56,961 bases of DNA, filler included, from Bipalium vagum (GCA_037834085.1; 3 parts of 3 records of this genome joined end to end with filler, not necessarily neighbours in it), one strand, 5' to 3'; counted from the first letter of the whole stretch, positions 13,800 through 26,900 are shown. Numbers and translations are program-made. The notes: a model not told the origin generated them from the letters alone.

Positions 13800-14750
13800 T
13801 ACTCATTACGAACATTACGATTTAGAAATCGCACGATTTTTAAAAGTCGTACGACCATATGTTCATCAAGTACGCCAAGAGCTTCAATCCTATAATGGAA
13901 CAGTGTCAAAACTAGCAAAGCGTTGTAATATGATAAAAACAGATGATTTTGCCAAGGAAATCAAGCAGACTGTTAATGGCAATCCCAGATTCAATGAGAT
14001 TCCTTGCTAAAAATGTCAAAGTTTCACAGGGAGCAATCAGAAATGTTGTCCATGAAAAAACGAATTATAAGTCGTATGTGTTGAATAAGTGAAAATATCT
14101 CTCAAGAAAATTAAATTGAAAATGATCCTAACCAAACTCAAACATCCACCAAAACAAGATCTGATTTGCATTTTCTCAGATGAAAGAAACTTCACCCAAG
14201 ATCATAAGATTAACAGAAGAAATGATCAATGATTATCTTAAGACCCTTCTGAAGTACCAAAAATCATGCAACATAAATTTCAGCGTCCGTCATAGTTTTA
14301 GGTGTAGTGAGCAGTGAAAGACATGTTACGTTTCCTCACTTTTTTTCACAAGGCGTTAGAGTGAATTTTGCTATTTACATTAAAGCCTTGAAAACAGTTT
14401 TGAAGCCATGGATTGACTCCGTACAAAATGGAAGGTTTTATGTTTTCCAACAAGATTCTGGTCCATCACACAAGGCTCGATTAACTCAAGAATAAATGGT
14501 TGAGAAATTTCATGCCTAAATCAATTCTGATATTTAGCCTCTCAACTTCCCAAACCTAAATCAGTTGGACTACTAAGTCTTGGGGGTTCTGATAAAAATG
14601 TCAATCATTATTTCCCCATTACTTTGGAATAGCTGAAAGTCCCCATACTGAGAGTAATGTCCAATATGAGCCAGGATCAACTAGTTTAGGCATAAAGACA
14701 ATTTTGACCTTGTATGGAAACAATTATCTAAGCTGATTGTGGTTTTATTG
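13800..14750 (+). mobile_element. Decayed DD37D (maT/ITm-like) transposase
   Basis: FSDERNF, VLGVVSSE, VFQQDSGPSHKA and a degenerate SPDLNPLDY-like motif (NFPNLNQLDY). Confidence 0.7.
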
Positions 14751-14994
14751 AATGGAAATCTACGTTTCTCATCAATAAGGTTATTACTTATTATAATATT
14801 TATGTTTTCTCTGAGACATCAATATTTCCTCAAATCTATAGCCATACAAAATCAGCATGAATTCTCTTGGTTATCCGATAATAATAGAAATATATTTCTT
14901 GTGGGCTCTAAGACCGGTTTCTTCATATTTCTTCAAAATTCCTATTACTCTACTTGCTTTATATGGATCATTCCGCATATGATGATGACTGTTG

Positions 14995-15330
14995 TCGATT
15001 TGTTGATGTCTGGATGCTGCATCATGACAATGCGCCTTGCTACACTGCCATTTCAAGTACTAAGTTTATGACTGAAAAAACATTCTTGTCGTTCATCAAT
15101 CACTAAATTCCCCTGACTTGAGTCCCAGTGACTTTTTCCTGCTCAGTAAGCTAAAAAGCTACCTCAAAGAACACCATTTTGGAACAATAGAAAACAAAAA
15201 GAAAATGTTACCGGCTAGCTGAGGGACTCTTCGGTTTCTGACTCCCAGACTGCTTCGAGGAAAGTAGGAAGACCAAATGAAGCGGTGTGTTGCTTCTCAA
15301 GGAGATAGAGTTCATCTATAACTATATTGT
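14995..15330 (+). mobile_element. Mariner (irritans-like) C-terminal fragment
   Basis: WMLHHDNAPCYTA and SPDLSPSDFFL..KLKSYLK. Confidence 0.75.
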
Positions 15331-16437
15331 AAAAAAACACGTTATCGAACCAGTGTAATTTAATGACATCGTATTAACTTATTTGGAAATTTGATGTCAC
15401 ATATGTTAACTTATTAAAATAAATTTATTTTCCTCTTTAAATTTAAATTAATAATTTTTATTGAAGTTTACATTTTTATTATTTATTTTGTTTTATCTTC
15501 ATAAAAAGTCTGTACAGTTGTTTGAATGTAAAGGATAAATATAAAATATTTTGCTTTTTAATTTTTTTAATTAATCAAATTCCCGTTCCTATTTTAGGAA
15601 TAAACGATATTTATTTATTTATTATTCACATTTATTTAAGAAAATATAATCATTTAATCGAAAATTAAAATTTCAAGTCCAATAATCACTGCGAAAATCA
15701 TTATTAATAAATCATTATTAATGATTTTAACAATATGTAAAAATCAAAAAATATTTTATGGTTCAGACGAGGAGAGACATTCTTTAGTGAGCTCAGTGTT
15801 TATCTTTGATGGAGACTGAACGAGAGAATATCGCCATTCAAGAGGAAATGAGTCTGCTGGTATTCAGCCGACGAGTGGAGATTCCCCATCGCTTTGGAAG
15901 AGCATTTACTCTGCCTTCCTCCGTCAAGAGTCCCCAACATATCTCAGTTCCACTGTCACAAAACAACAATATTTTTCCATCATACATTTCTCCTAGCCTC
16001 ACATAAGAAACGGCCTTAACCTTTCAAATGATGCACTGAAGAAATTGTTTGTCTTTTTCTATGATTCAAAGTTTCTTACATAACCAAAACTATTTAAAAA
16101 ACCGCTGCACATTTAAACAAAAAATATCAACAAAAAATTGATGTAAAAAGTTCTTTTAGCTAATAAAAAGCGCCCAGGCTTCTTGTATAACCGGATATAT
16201 GGGAGAAATATATTTAATAATTTTGGAAATATTTTTTATTTTTTTCGAAGGATTTTTCCTTTTTGCTGATATTTTTTTTGTGTAAAAATTATAAAACTTT
16301 ATTTTTTCCCCGATATTTTTCGGCAGCAAAAAATGTGATTACACAAAATAAATCAAAGAGAGGGGGAGAGAGAGAAGTGATGGATTCCGTGCAAAATATT
16401 ATATTATTTATATTATATAAATTCAAAAATCTTTGGG

Positions 16438-17565
16438 CTAGGTTTCCTTGACATTAGGACTGGTGAGAATGTGCCATTTGGCCACAGGATGGCGAGGGTT
16501 GTCGAGCATGCTTTTCCAGTGAATCTCTCCGGACTTCTTGGACACGTCTGACCCCAATGAAACATACCCAATGCAGTGGGCCATTTTGAAGGGTCCAGTC
16601 AGCCACAATTTAAGCGATATCTGACAATCGCAAATACTGACAGGAACGTTGTGGAACAAAAATGCCTCATTAAAGTACGGAAATCTCATACATGAGCAAT
16701 CCTTGGTTCGCTTTTTAGCAAATGTTCTGAACGTCCTTGACTTTTTACGGATCTTCAATTTAACAGACACAAAAATGTGGGAATAGTTTGTGTTTTCTTT
16801 GATTCTGATGTTTTTGGCTTCCAAAACGGTGACCTGCAACCCTTGGTGGTTGTTGTTTAAAATAACACATATTTGACCCATACCAGACGAGGTGTCTTCG
16901 CCCGGCTCAAGGTCTTTGGAGAATTCCGATAGAACATTGATCATAGTTTTCATATTAATGTCTTTCATGTACATTGTCAACTGACCGATTAACGAGTCAG
17001 CTCCGAATCTGTCGAAGTCGAAAACCTTGAACATGATCGAAACGTCTGCCAGTCTACCGCTCAGGACTTTGAACGAAAACTTCTCATTAAACACCGGATC
17101 AATGGTTTTCATCTTAGTTTTGGTACATTTTTCTTCGATATTGAAATCGAGTTTGACCAATATTTTAATGTAAGGATCAAGGGTTCCATCAATAGGGCGA
17201 GGAAGACCGCAAACTTGAATGATTTTGATGATCAATAATTCCTTGGGAAAATTATATTTCATTGAAAAATGAATCTTTCCAAAACCCTCATTGAAATCAA
17301 AGTCGACCTTGTCAGAAAATATTTTATCAATATCTTTCGTCTTCAACATTTTGGATCCATATGAATCTGTAACATTTGTCTTTGAGCAACACCTTTTAAG
17401 ACACCTTAAGCAGAGTAGAACAAATAAAAGTAATACCAAAACTGACACCACTAGAATGGTTATCAGCAAAGGTTCTGGAATGCCAAAGTAGTTGACAAGG
17501 TCTTTGTAAAGATTTGAAGTGGAGTTCCCTAATGGTCTTTCGGTGGAGATCGAGGTCACAAGCAT
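16438..17565 (-). CDS. Synaptotagmin-like protein (N-terminal TM + C2A + C2B), single coding exon
   Basis: 375-aa ATG-to-stop ORF. One TM helix followed by a Cys/basic cluster (CLRCLKRCC). C2A: DPYIK..KTIDPVFNEKF..VFDFDRF. C2B: PYFNEAF. C-terminal HW..ML.NPRHPVAKWHIL (WHxL motif). Confidence 0.88.
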   Translation of the reverse strand: MLVTSISTERPLGNSTSNLYKDLVNYFGIPEPLLITILVVSVLVLLLFVLLCLRCLKRCCSKTNVTDSYGSKMLKTKDIDKIFSDKVDFDFNEGFGKIHFSMKYNFPKELLIIKIIQVCGLPRPIDGTLDPYIKILVKLDFNIEEKCTKTKMKTIDPVFNEKFSFKVLSGRLADVSIMFKVFDFDRFGADSLIGQLTMYMKDINMKTMINVLSEFSKDLEPGEDTSSGMGQICVILNNNHQGLQVTVLEAKNIRIKENTNYSHIFVSVKLKIRKKSRTFRTFAKKRTKDCSCMRFPYFNEAFLFHNVPVSICDCQISLKLWLTGPFKMAHCIGYVSLGSDVSKKSGEIHWKSMLDNPRHPVAKWHILTSPNVKET

Positions 17566-18060
17566 TTTTCAGCGGTTTTCTGACTGTGCAAGTAGAATCG
17601 ACATGAAACGTTGATTAAAAAGTCAAATCTATATCAATTACTGGATGGCACACGTCTCACTGAATTCTTGGTGTGGTCGGCAAGCAGTGATCTCCATTGG
17701 TGTTAGCAGGTGCAAGTCGCTCTCCAAACGTAGGCCACAACCGATTCACTTTTCATGCGAAATGTTTGCGCTGTAACTTTGTGTCAATAAAGCGAAGTGT
17801 TCGGCGATGGATCGCGTTGAGAGCGTACGTTTTTATGAGCTGGTCTCTCACAGTTTCAATACCCTTCGGCTCACTTTGAACGTTTTACGAGCCATTCTTT
17901 TAACGATTTTGACATTAGTTCAGAGTACACCATTGATATTTATTGTTCAAACTAATTAATTATTAATGAAATTGATAAATCTCGTGAAAAATAAAATCAA
18001 TTTTGTAAGCTTCATTATGAAAATTTGCGCAGGTGATTTAAGAATAAATAAAACAGAAAA

Positions 18061-18233
18061 NNNNNNNNNNNNNNNNNNNNNNNNNNNNNNNNNNNNNNNN
18101 NNNNNNNNNNNNNNNNNNNNNNNNNNNNNNNNNNNNNNNNNNNNNNNNNNNNNNNNNNNNNNNNNNNNNNNNNNNNNNNNNNNNNNNNNNNNNNNNNNNN
18201 NNNNNNNNNNNNNNNNNNNNNNNNNNNNNNNNN
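18061..18233. other. Intra-scaffold assembly gap (173 N)
   Basis: N run without the linker. Confidence 0.9.
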
Positions 18234-18909
18234 TTTAATTTCCATTAAATGATTTAAATATTATTATTGTTCATATTCATAAATTATATTTATTATTTTT
18301 TTTATTGATTTCCCAATTTACATTATATTATCACAATATTTTTATAAAATATAATTTATAAATTAAAATAAGGTTTTCGAAACAGTCCAGACTGAAATCT
18401 TGGGATTTTTGAATATTCTTTCAGAATTCTTTGAGCAGCATTATTTTGACGTCGGTTGTGTTCTCAACCTCTTTCATGTTTTCTTTCACTGGTCAGGCGT
18501 TCCTTGAAAAGTTTCAGCCCCTTTCCGACTGCTGAATTTAACAAATTAACTTGTTTTCTAATGTTCCGAATAGTCAATCCTCATTGGACATATATTCGTG
18601 CAAAATTAATATTTGTCTTTCTAATGCTATGAACATATTGTCTAAGAATAAAAAACAAATCAATAAACTTCAAATATTGATTTTGACTTCCAATCACTCT
18701 CTACCATCATTTTAAATTTCAATTTTTCAACAATTATGTTTTGAGATAGACCAGTTTGAAAGTGTCACAATTTTGGTGAGTTCATCATTAATCACCTTTA
18801 AATGATATTTTTTAATTATTGTAATATAAAATTGTTGAAAATTAATATTATTTTCTTAATTATTATTTTATATCGATGTTATTTTAATTTGATTTTTTAT
18901 TTACTCAAG

Positions 18910-21900
18910 AAAGCAGAAACAGAGCTGCTAAACGCAGAAAAACTAATCAAGGATGCTATATCTCAAAAACAATCTTCTCTTCCACACCTTCATAAAAACG
19001 AGTTGGAGAAAATTGACACCAAAATAGAGCAAATGAAAGCCAAGTGTTCTGATCTGAAAAAGATCCTTCAAAATGACAAAAAAGAAATTTTAAACAATCT
19101 TAACGATTGGAACAATTATAACAAGACGAAAGAATCTGTTACAAATAATATGGATAACATAGTGAAAGACTTAGATAAGTCTCGCGAAAAACGAAAAGGG
19201 TTACACGGAAGAGACTGTGAAGACAAGGCAAATTTATTAAAAGAAAATACGGTAATTAATATTTATATTTAATTATTTATAGTTTATATTTTATTTTTCA
19301 AACAAACGGTTTTTAACAAACATTTTTGAATTTAAAGAACTTTTTATAATAGTAACTAGATATATTTTTCGATCTTTTCATTCAGATGTTCTTTAGTCAA
19401 TTTTAATATTCTTTTCAATTATCTTCAAATGATATGACTATCATGATTTGGTATAATTTCTTGTCATTATTATTGGATAAATGTTTTCTTACTTTTATCC
19501 AATAATAATGAAGACAAATAAGAAGATCTGAACGAAAAGATTGAAACATGTATCAAGATAGTATTATAAATACAATTTTGTATGTTCATAAATTTTTGTT
19601 AAAAAGCGGTTATTTAAAAAATAAAAAAGTTGTTAGTGACTAATATAATATTTATATATAATTTCAGATATTATTTATATTATTAATCTTATTAATAAGT
19701 TAAAATTACAAATTAGATTATCATCATTATTCTATGTATCTTTATTAATTCCAATTTAAAAATATATCTAAAATGATTTGACTTTCATTATTTATTAAAA
19801 AATAATATAATATAAAATTAAATTAGATATATTTTATAATATTTTAAAATAATTATAAAGCATTATAATTATTTATCATTAAAGACTTAGTTTAAATTTT
19901 TTATTATATAATATTTAACAAAACAATATTTTGAGTATTTCTAATCGATTTATTAGAAATAATATTAATTTCAATTAATTTCATATTTATATTGTTTATT
20001 TATTGATTTTAAAATAATAAAATTTTTATTAAACCCAGAAATATATTATAATTATTTATAAAATTAGTGCCGAATCATTCATCAATATTTTAATAAATAT
20101 TTAAAAATAAATTTAATAATTGTTAGAATATAATATAATATTATTATTTTTCTCTTGCTCTTAAACTCATTGAACTTTAAGTAAGCTGTAAATCACAAAA
20201 AACTGAAACAAATAAAATTTATAAAATCAAACTCAAATAAATAATAAATAAACGCTTTCATAATATACACTTGTTCAGCAAGTGATCAATAGTTTTTGAG
20301 AAATATAAATACATATTTTGCATACTTCACAGAATACTTCAACGCTATACTTGACCTACATCTTATATTAATTTTTCATATAGCGATCAATGATGGATCA
20401 GCGTTTTCGTTTTTACAAGTCGCTGAAGACCAAAATAATAATTACAGATTTTCACATCGTAATTATTCACTTCAGAATTTTTATTTACATATTTCCATAA
20501 TCGGTGATGATCTGGATCCAGATCATACTTTATTCTCACTCAGTAAATTATATAAATTAATTAAACTTATATTTTGATTTCGATATAAAAGTTTCAAGTT
20601 TTAATAATTCCTCACGAATCGTCTTTAAGAAATCTTTAATTACGAACATCCGATATCGTTTAATGATCATTTTCTTACATCATTTAGAAAAGGTTAGAGA
20701 ACCTAAACAAGGAAGAAGAAAGGATAAATCAGTTATGCGAAATGGCCAAAAGATTGGGATCAGAAAAACCGATCTCAGAATTACAAAATCTAAAGAAAGA
20801 GTTCCATAAGCAACAAGAAAATTTAAAGGTTAACAAGTTGTAAATTATATAATTATTATGTGAATGTAAAACTGATTATTATTATTATTATTATTATTAT
20901 TAATAAATATTATCAAATATATTAAAATAATATTTCTTTATTATGTTTAAAATTATTTTATTATTTGTATTTAGACATTATTTCAGAGAATAAATGTGAA
21001 AATGTTCACTTACGTAAAACCTCATTTGATAAACTCAATTAATCTCGTCACATTGTTTTAAATTGTTTAATTTGTATGTTTATACAATTACGCTTGAGCA
21101 TCTCAAAAACAAAGGAAGCTATTATTATTAATGATATTCTGTACTATAATGATTACGGTATCCTTACTCAAATGAGTATCGTATTTATATCTGACTCGAA
21201 ATAAATTAACTTTAATATTTATTGGAACAGAAAATATTAACCAATCATGATTTTTGTTTTCAGCTCATCTCAAAAGTAATGTGTGCTTTTTTTAACTCAT
21301 AATAAATCAAATAATGATATTTTAAATTATCATTAAAATTTAATTGGTCCCCAACTGTGAATAGTAACGCTATCCAGCCTCATTTCCTCATACACAAATG
21401 GAAATTCAGATAAATTATGAAGGACACAAATATCAAATTTTTTCTTGATTGTAAACTTTTTCAGATGACTTAAAACATGTGCTGAGACTTGCCTAGATTG
21501 TTAGCGTCTTATAACTGCTTGTGCGATGGTCTTGTTTGATTATTTTCATGATTTCGTCATCTTTATCAGTGACTGATTGGCCAGAGCGAGGTACATCTTT
21601 CAATTCAAAGTTACTTTAGCAAAATAGTGCGATAAAAATATTATCGAAAAAATGATTGGAGCTTGGTTAGAATGTCTTACCAAATCCATCATATAGTCGT
21701 GAGATTTATTAAAAATAACTTCATACTTATTACATAAAAACCCAATCAAAGTGGAATGTTACGAATTATTAAAATAAAAAGTGTATTTCTGATTATTTCT
21801 TATTTTATTCAATTATAGAAAGAAATTCAGCAGAATAAGAAGGATTTAGAAGACCACCAAAATCTCAATAGTAATCTCGACTCATTTAAAGACTGGCTTC

Positions 21901-23212
21901 AAGAGTCCGAAGAAATAGCGAAAAAAATCAAAAAGTTGCCCTCAACCAAAGAAGGCCTTGCTGAGAAACAGAAACAATTGAAGGAATTAAATAAACTGAA
22001 AGCAGTTGGTAATAAAAAAATAAAAGACTTGAAAGATCTACAAAATATTGTCATCAATGAAACGTCTGCTGATCACAGAGATCAGGTAAAATCAAACTTG
22101 GACAAGGAAATCGATCGTTTCAACAGAATATTTGAAAATTCTGAAGCTGACCAGAAAGAGGTGAATGAATCCATTGAAAAATTGGAGAAAATGAATGAAA
22201 AGGCCAATGCTATCCAGCAAGATGTCAAAGAAATAGAGAGTCAGCTGAAGAGATGTTTGAATCAACCTAGAGAGACTATAAATGATAAAGAGAAAGTTGG
22301 TAAAGAATTGAAAAGTCTCGATCGGACATTAGATTCGCAAAAGGCTCAGCTTGACAATCTGAGAAGTCAGTGCGATGTCAAGAACAAAAGTGCAGCAATG
22401 ATGGATCTCATAAATCAGCTGGATAACATAGACCATCAGTGCTCATCAGTCAGATCCCTGATCGGTGAAAAGTTTTCAGAAAATGATAACAACATAAAAA
22501 GCCAGATTTTATTGGAAAAGAGGCTTGATGAGTTTGAGTCGTTGATGAAACAAACCAAACTTGAATCCAGTAAATGTTCAGATATCGGATGCAATGAAAC
22601 GGAAGTAGAAGAGAATCTCAAGAAGTTAAAAGTAAAATAAACGAATGCAGAGGTCTTCGAAAACTTATTCTTTATAAACATTTTAGAAAATTAAGTCACG
22701 ATTTGTCCAGGGAAAGGATGTTCCAAATGATCTTTCGAATTCGTGCCAATCGTTTATCGTTCCTCATCAAATTAAAGAAGCCTGCTTAAGTGCTGAACAG
22801 AATTATTCCGACCTGGAGACTGAGATGACAAGACTAGAAGAACAATTGACAATGCAGAAGAACGACTGGTCCGATTATAATTCAACGAAAAAAGAACTGG
22901 AAACGTGGCTGGGTGGTGTTTCTGGTCAAATGGAGAAATTGGTTAAACAAAACAACGGTCCACATGGAGGAAATATATCGGAAAAAGAAAATCTTTTGGA
23001 ATACAATCGGGTAGGTTCATGAGACATATTTTCAACTTTACACAATTTTTAATGTTCAGAGACTTTTGGAAGATGTTCTAAATCATGAACCCGATATGAA
23101 AGATTTTGTAGAAAGGTTCACATCGCTTTTGAGTCCTTTGAAACAAGATTCAGCCAAACGAGCAACAAATGACTTGTTCAAGAAGTATGAGAAAATTCTT
23201 GAAAGCTTAGCA
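18910..23212 (+). CDS. Internal exons of a large spectrin-repeat protein (nesprin/MSP-300/dystrophin-like); partial at both ends
   Basis: Exons 18910-19251, 20688-20828, 21819-22631, 22687-23010 and 23060-23212 are all AG/GT-bounded, phase 0 and join in one open frame. The product is all-helical and K/E-rich with spectrin-type Trp motifs (FKDWLQESE, LETWLGGV) and a recurring unit (NDWNNYNKTKE..GLHG..KANLL vs NDWSDYNSTKK..GPHG..KENLL). Confidence 0.75.
21300..21750 (-). mobile_element. Mariner fragment in an intron of the spectrin-repeat gene
   Basis: Minus strand reads FELKDVPRSG (HTH linker motif). Otherwise very degenerate. Confidence 0.45.
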
Positions 23213-23527
23213 GTAAGTATTGAAAAACATTTTCTCTTTGAAAACAATGTTACATGTCTTTCGAAACAAAACTTGTTATTTATCTTATTGAATTCAAAAT
23301 TGTAATAATCATTAATTTTAATTAGCTCTGTGAAATAATATTGTCCGTTTATTCATATTGGGTTGTGGAATAAGTTCTGCATTATTTCTAAATAATAAAG
23401 TTTATACAAAATTTTCTTAAATAATTATTAATACAAAGTTGCTTAAATATATATTATTATATAGTTGGAGGTATTTGAAATTTATTGCAAAAAAATTATT
23501 GATTAATCATAATTTTTTAAGATGGAG

Positions 23528-23627
23528 NNNNNNNNNNNNNNNNNNNNNNNNNNNNNNNNNNNNNNNNNNNNTTAATTAATTAANNNNNNNNNNNNNNNNN
23601 NNNNNNNNNNNNNNNNNNNNNNNNNNN
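23528..23627. other. Artificial scaffold-join spacer N44-TTAATTAATTAA-N44
   Basis: Exactly 100 nt with a palindromic six-frame-stop 12-mer in the centre. Identical to 40330-40429. Confidence 0.95.
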
Positions 23628-23988
23628 TGACACCATACATGTCCCACCAGAGAGACATAAGGATCTTCTTCGGGTGCAATCCTGCTCTTGCTTTTGGTGA
23701 GGCCCACCAAAATAAAAAAATTTTAGTGTTTAAATTATGTTAATAATATAATTTAAAAATAAAAAAATAAACTGTACCAATTCCAAATTTTAATCACTGT
23801 TAAATATTTTTTATAATAAAGATCTCTGTCAACTGTAATCAATTGAAAGCCGTTTAAAAATATTTTTAAAAATAACTGAAATTTAAATATTATAAAGTTT
23901 AAAATTTTGCTAATTTTATTATTTTACCCATTGAAAAAAATACTTAATTCAAAAACTCTATCGAAAATGATAATTATGTGAAGATTAC

Positions 23989-26900
23989 TTCAAACTATTG
24001 AAAATGAAAAGTCCTGATTCTGTGGTAGTATAGTAGTTTTTCAGCTTGGATAAGGCAATTCCGTTTCTTTCCCACGAAATTATCGGCGCAGGCATACCCT
24101 CAACAACTGTACATTGCATTTGCAAAACAGAGTTCAACATTCCGTTTATATCAGTTTCGATCGGACGAGATATCTTTGGTGGGACTTAATGATCAAGAAA
24201 TAATTCTATCCTGATTTCCAATTTTAAGTTTTACTGAGAACGTCTACGGTTACTCGGATCTCCTGATATCCGGCATCATTGTTTGCCACACATCGATAAA
24301 TACCCGCGTGATCTTTTCTCACACGATCAATTAGTAATCCTTGTTCGGGAAGGAATCGATATTCTCCCAATATTGTTGTCGATATTTGATTATTGTTAGG
24401 AGTATACCAATGAACCCTAATTGGACGAGTTCCTTCCACAACACATGGTATTAGAGCTTGATCTCCCAGTCTAACTTGAATTGGCTTTTTCGGCAATTCA
24501 ATCTTTGGAGGACCTAAATAATATTTATACACACGTTAAATTTCAACAAAGGAAAAATAATTATCACAAAAAATATTTTTAAAAATCATGATAAAGTTTA
24601 TTTTCATTTTCATATTAATTATATCTGTTGACACAAAAGCTCGATATTACAGCTGTATTAATGATAATCAACTGTTTAGATAATGGAGAGATATTATTGA
24701 AAGAGATGAAACGGATAACTTTAGGCAATGGAGAAGAGGAATTAATTTATATTAATTTTTGGGGTACTGGCAGAGAATTGTATAAAGTAGTTAAATTTTA
24801 AGCCATAATCAAAAGTGTAAATTCAGGTGTAGCGAAGCTTCCAAATTTTACTTGTGGAGATATGATAAATACATTAGACGAAAAATCAAAGCTATGAATA
24901 ATCATTATTAAAAAAATTGATATAAAGTGAAATAAAATAATTTTATTTATTCACTATAAACAGTGTAATCAGACCAAAGTAATATTTTATTTTAAAATCA
25001 TATTTATAAATATTATAGAATTATTAAAATTAAAAGATTTTAAATAAAAACATAAATAAATTAAAAAATTTTAACGTTAGGTTTAAATATGAGTGTCGGT
25101 CATTAATAATGACTTATTATAAATCTAATTTATTTAACATGATTTTGATATATATCTTGTGTTTTTAATACATAATATACTCAGGTATATTATTTAAAGC
25201 GTTCAATTTAAATTATATTTCTGTAAGCATCTCATCATTATTTAATTTTTTTAAAATCATATTTTACCCAAGACTTAAGAGATCTAATAATAATTATTGA
25301 TGACATAAAAAAATCTAATAATAACAGATACTTTATAAATTTAATATTTAAAAAAAATAAAATTCATTAAATTGCTTTATTTTTATTTTGAAAATTTTAT
25401 TAAAAAAATAAATAAAATTTTAATAAGAAAATAAATGGAAAATAATGACAGAATTAAAGATCTTACTAATAATCATAACATCCACACTTTTTGAATCAGT
25501 ACTGATTTTATTGGTACCAGTACATGTATATCGACCGGAATCTTCTTCTTTTGCATCTGTGATTTCAAGTATACCCGTTCTGTTAAATGTATTAATTATT
25601 TTTTATAATATATAAAGGTTATTAATATCTTTTTGTTTTATTTATTATATAATTAAATTAATTTCCTAAATTTACAAATATCACTGAATCATTAAATTTT
25701 AAAAAATTATAGTGAAGTCCTTTTTTATTAATAAGAGTTAAAGTATAAATATAAGTGGGGGATGCTTGATTTTTACAAATGGTAATAGTGCAAATAGAAA
25801 ATTTTAAAAATTAGGACAAGCAAATTACATTTTTGATTTATAATTTCTTTGTTACCATTTTATTCATTAAGAAATTTTATTAAAAGATCGGCTGGGTTAT
25901 ATATTTTAATAGCGTATTAGAATCTCTTTAAAATGATTTATTAAACCGTTCATTAATATATTATATAAATTTCTGAATTCCAAAAGATAAAATTTTAAGA
26001 GATTTGTGTACAGTATTTTTGAACCATATCAATATGGATTACATAAGGTAGTAAACATATTAGTTTTTTTCATGATTTATAATCCCTGAAGCGTTGTAAT
26101 CAAACGTATATGTAATGTGTCTGAGAGGTTATAAAAGTTGTATGTATAATAGTCGAGCGCATTTAGGTAATTTTGTCTGGTGGTATGATGTAAGTTATGA
26201 GATATGCATACCTAAGGCTTTCTTTTTATCTTATTTGTACGTTGAAAAATAATTAATTATACTCAATTTTTAAAAAACTGAAACATTATAGCATTGACAG
26301 GGACTAATGAACAATGTTACAAGCAGTAAGCACAATTGTTGTTTCTGATAAATCTTGACTTTAGTAAATATTTCTTATTTTTTGTGACTTTGGACACTCG
26401 GGTATAAATGATAAAACATTAAGAACATATAATAAATACAATGAATGGTAAATTTGTCTTTTCTTTGAAAATATTTAAATATTCATCTAAGGGTTTTTAG
26501 TTGACATCCAGGTTAATATTAAGTTTTTGATTAAAATAAACTAAATGTTTTTCATTATATTTATTTAATTCATTATTACACGTGTATATTTCTAAAAATC
26601 AATAGCAGGAACTAATAATAACGTTTTCAAAATCTTTTAAGAACTTAATCACCCATTAAGTAAGGAGTTTGTCAAATATACAATAGGAAAATATAAAACT
26701 ACAATAGTGTATTTAAGACAGTATAGAATATTAAATAATATAAAATCTTAATTGAATTATTGGTATCTAAATAATTAAATTGAGATAACAAATACACATT
26801 AAAAATTGAATCATATTTAACAATAAATTAAAAGATATTATAATAAAAGAATTAAAATATAATTTAAAAGAATTAAAATTTAAATTTAAAGAAATTAATA

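Noticed and set aside
17966-18245. ORFs running through N gaps (also 33658-34147)
   Set aside because: Their length comes from undetermined bases.
23572-23583. Palindromic TTAATTAATTAA as a biological motif (also 40374-40385)
   Set aside because: Centred in exactly 44+44 N both times, so it is an assembly linker.
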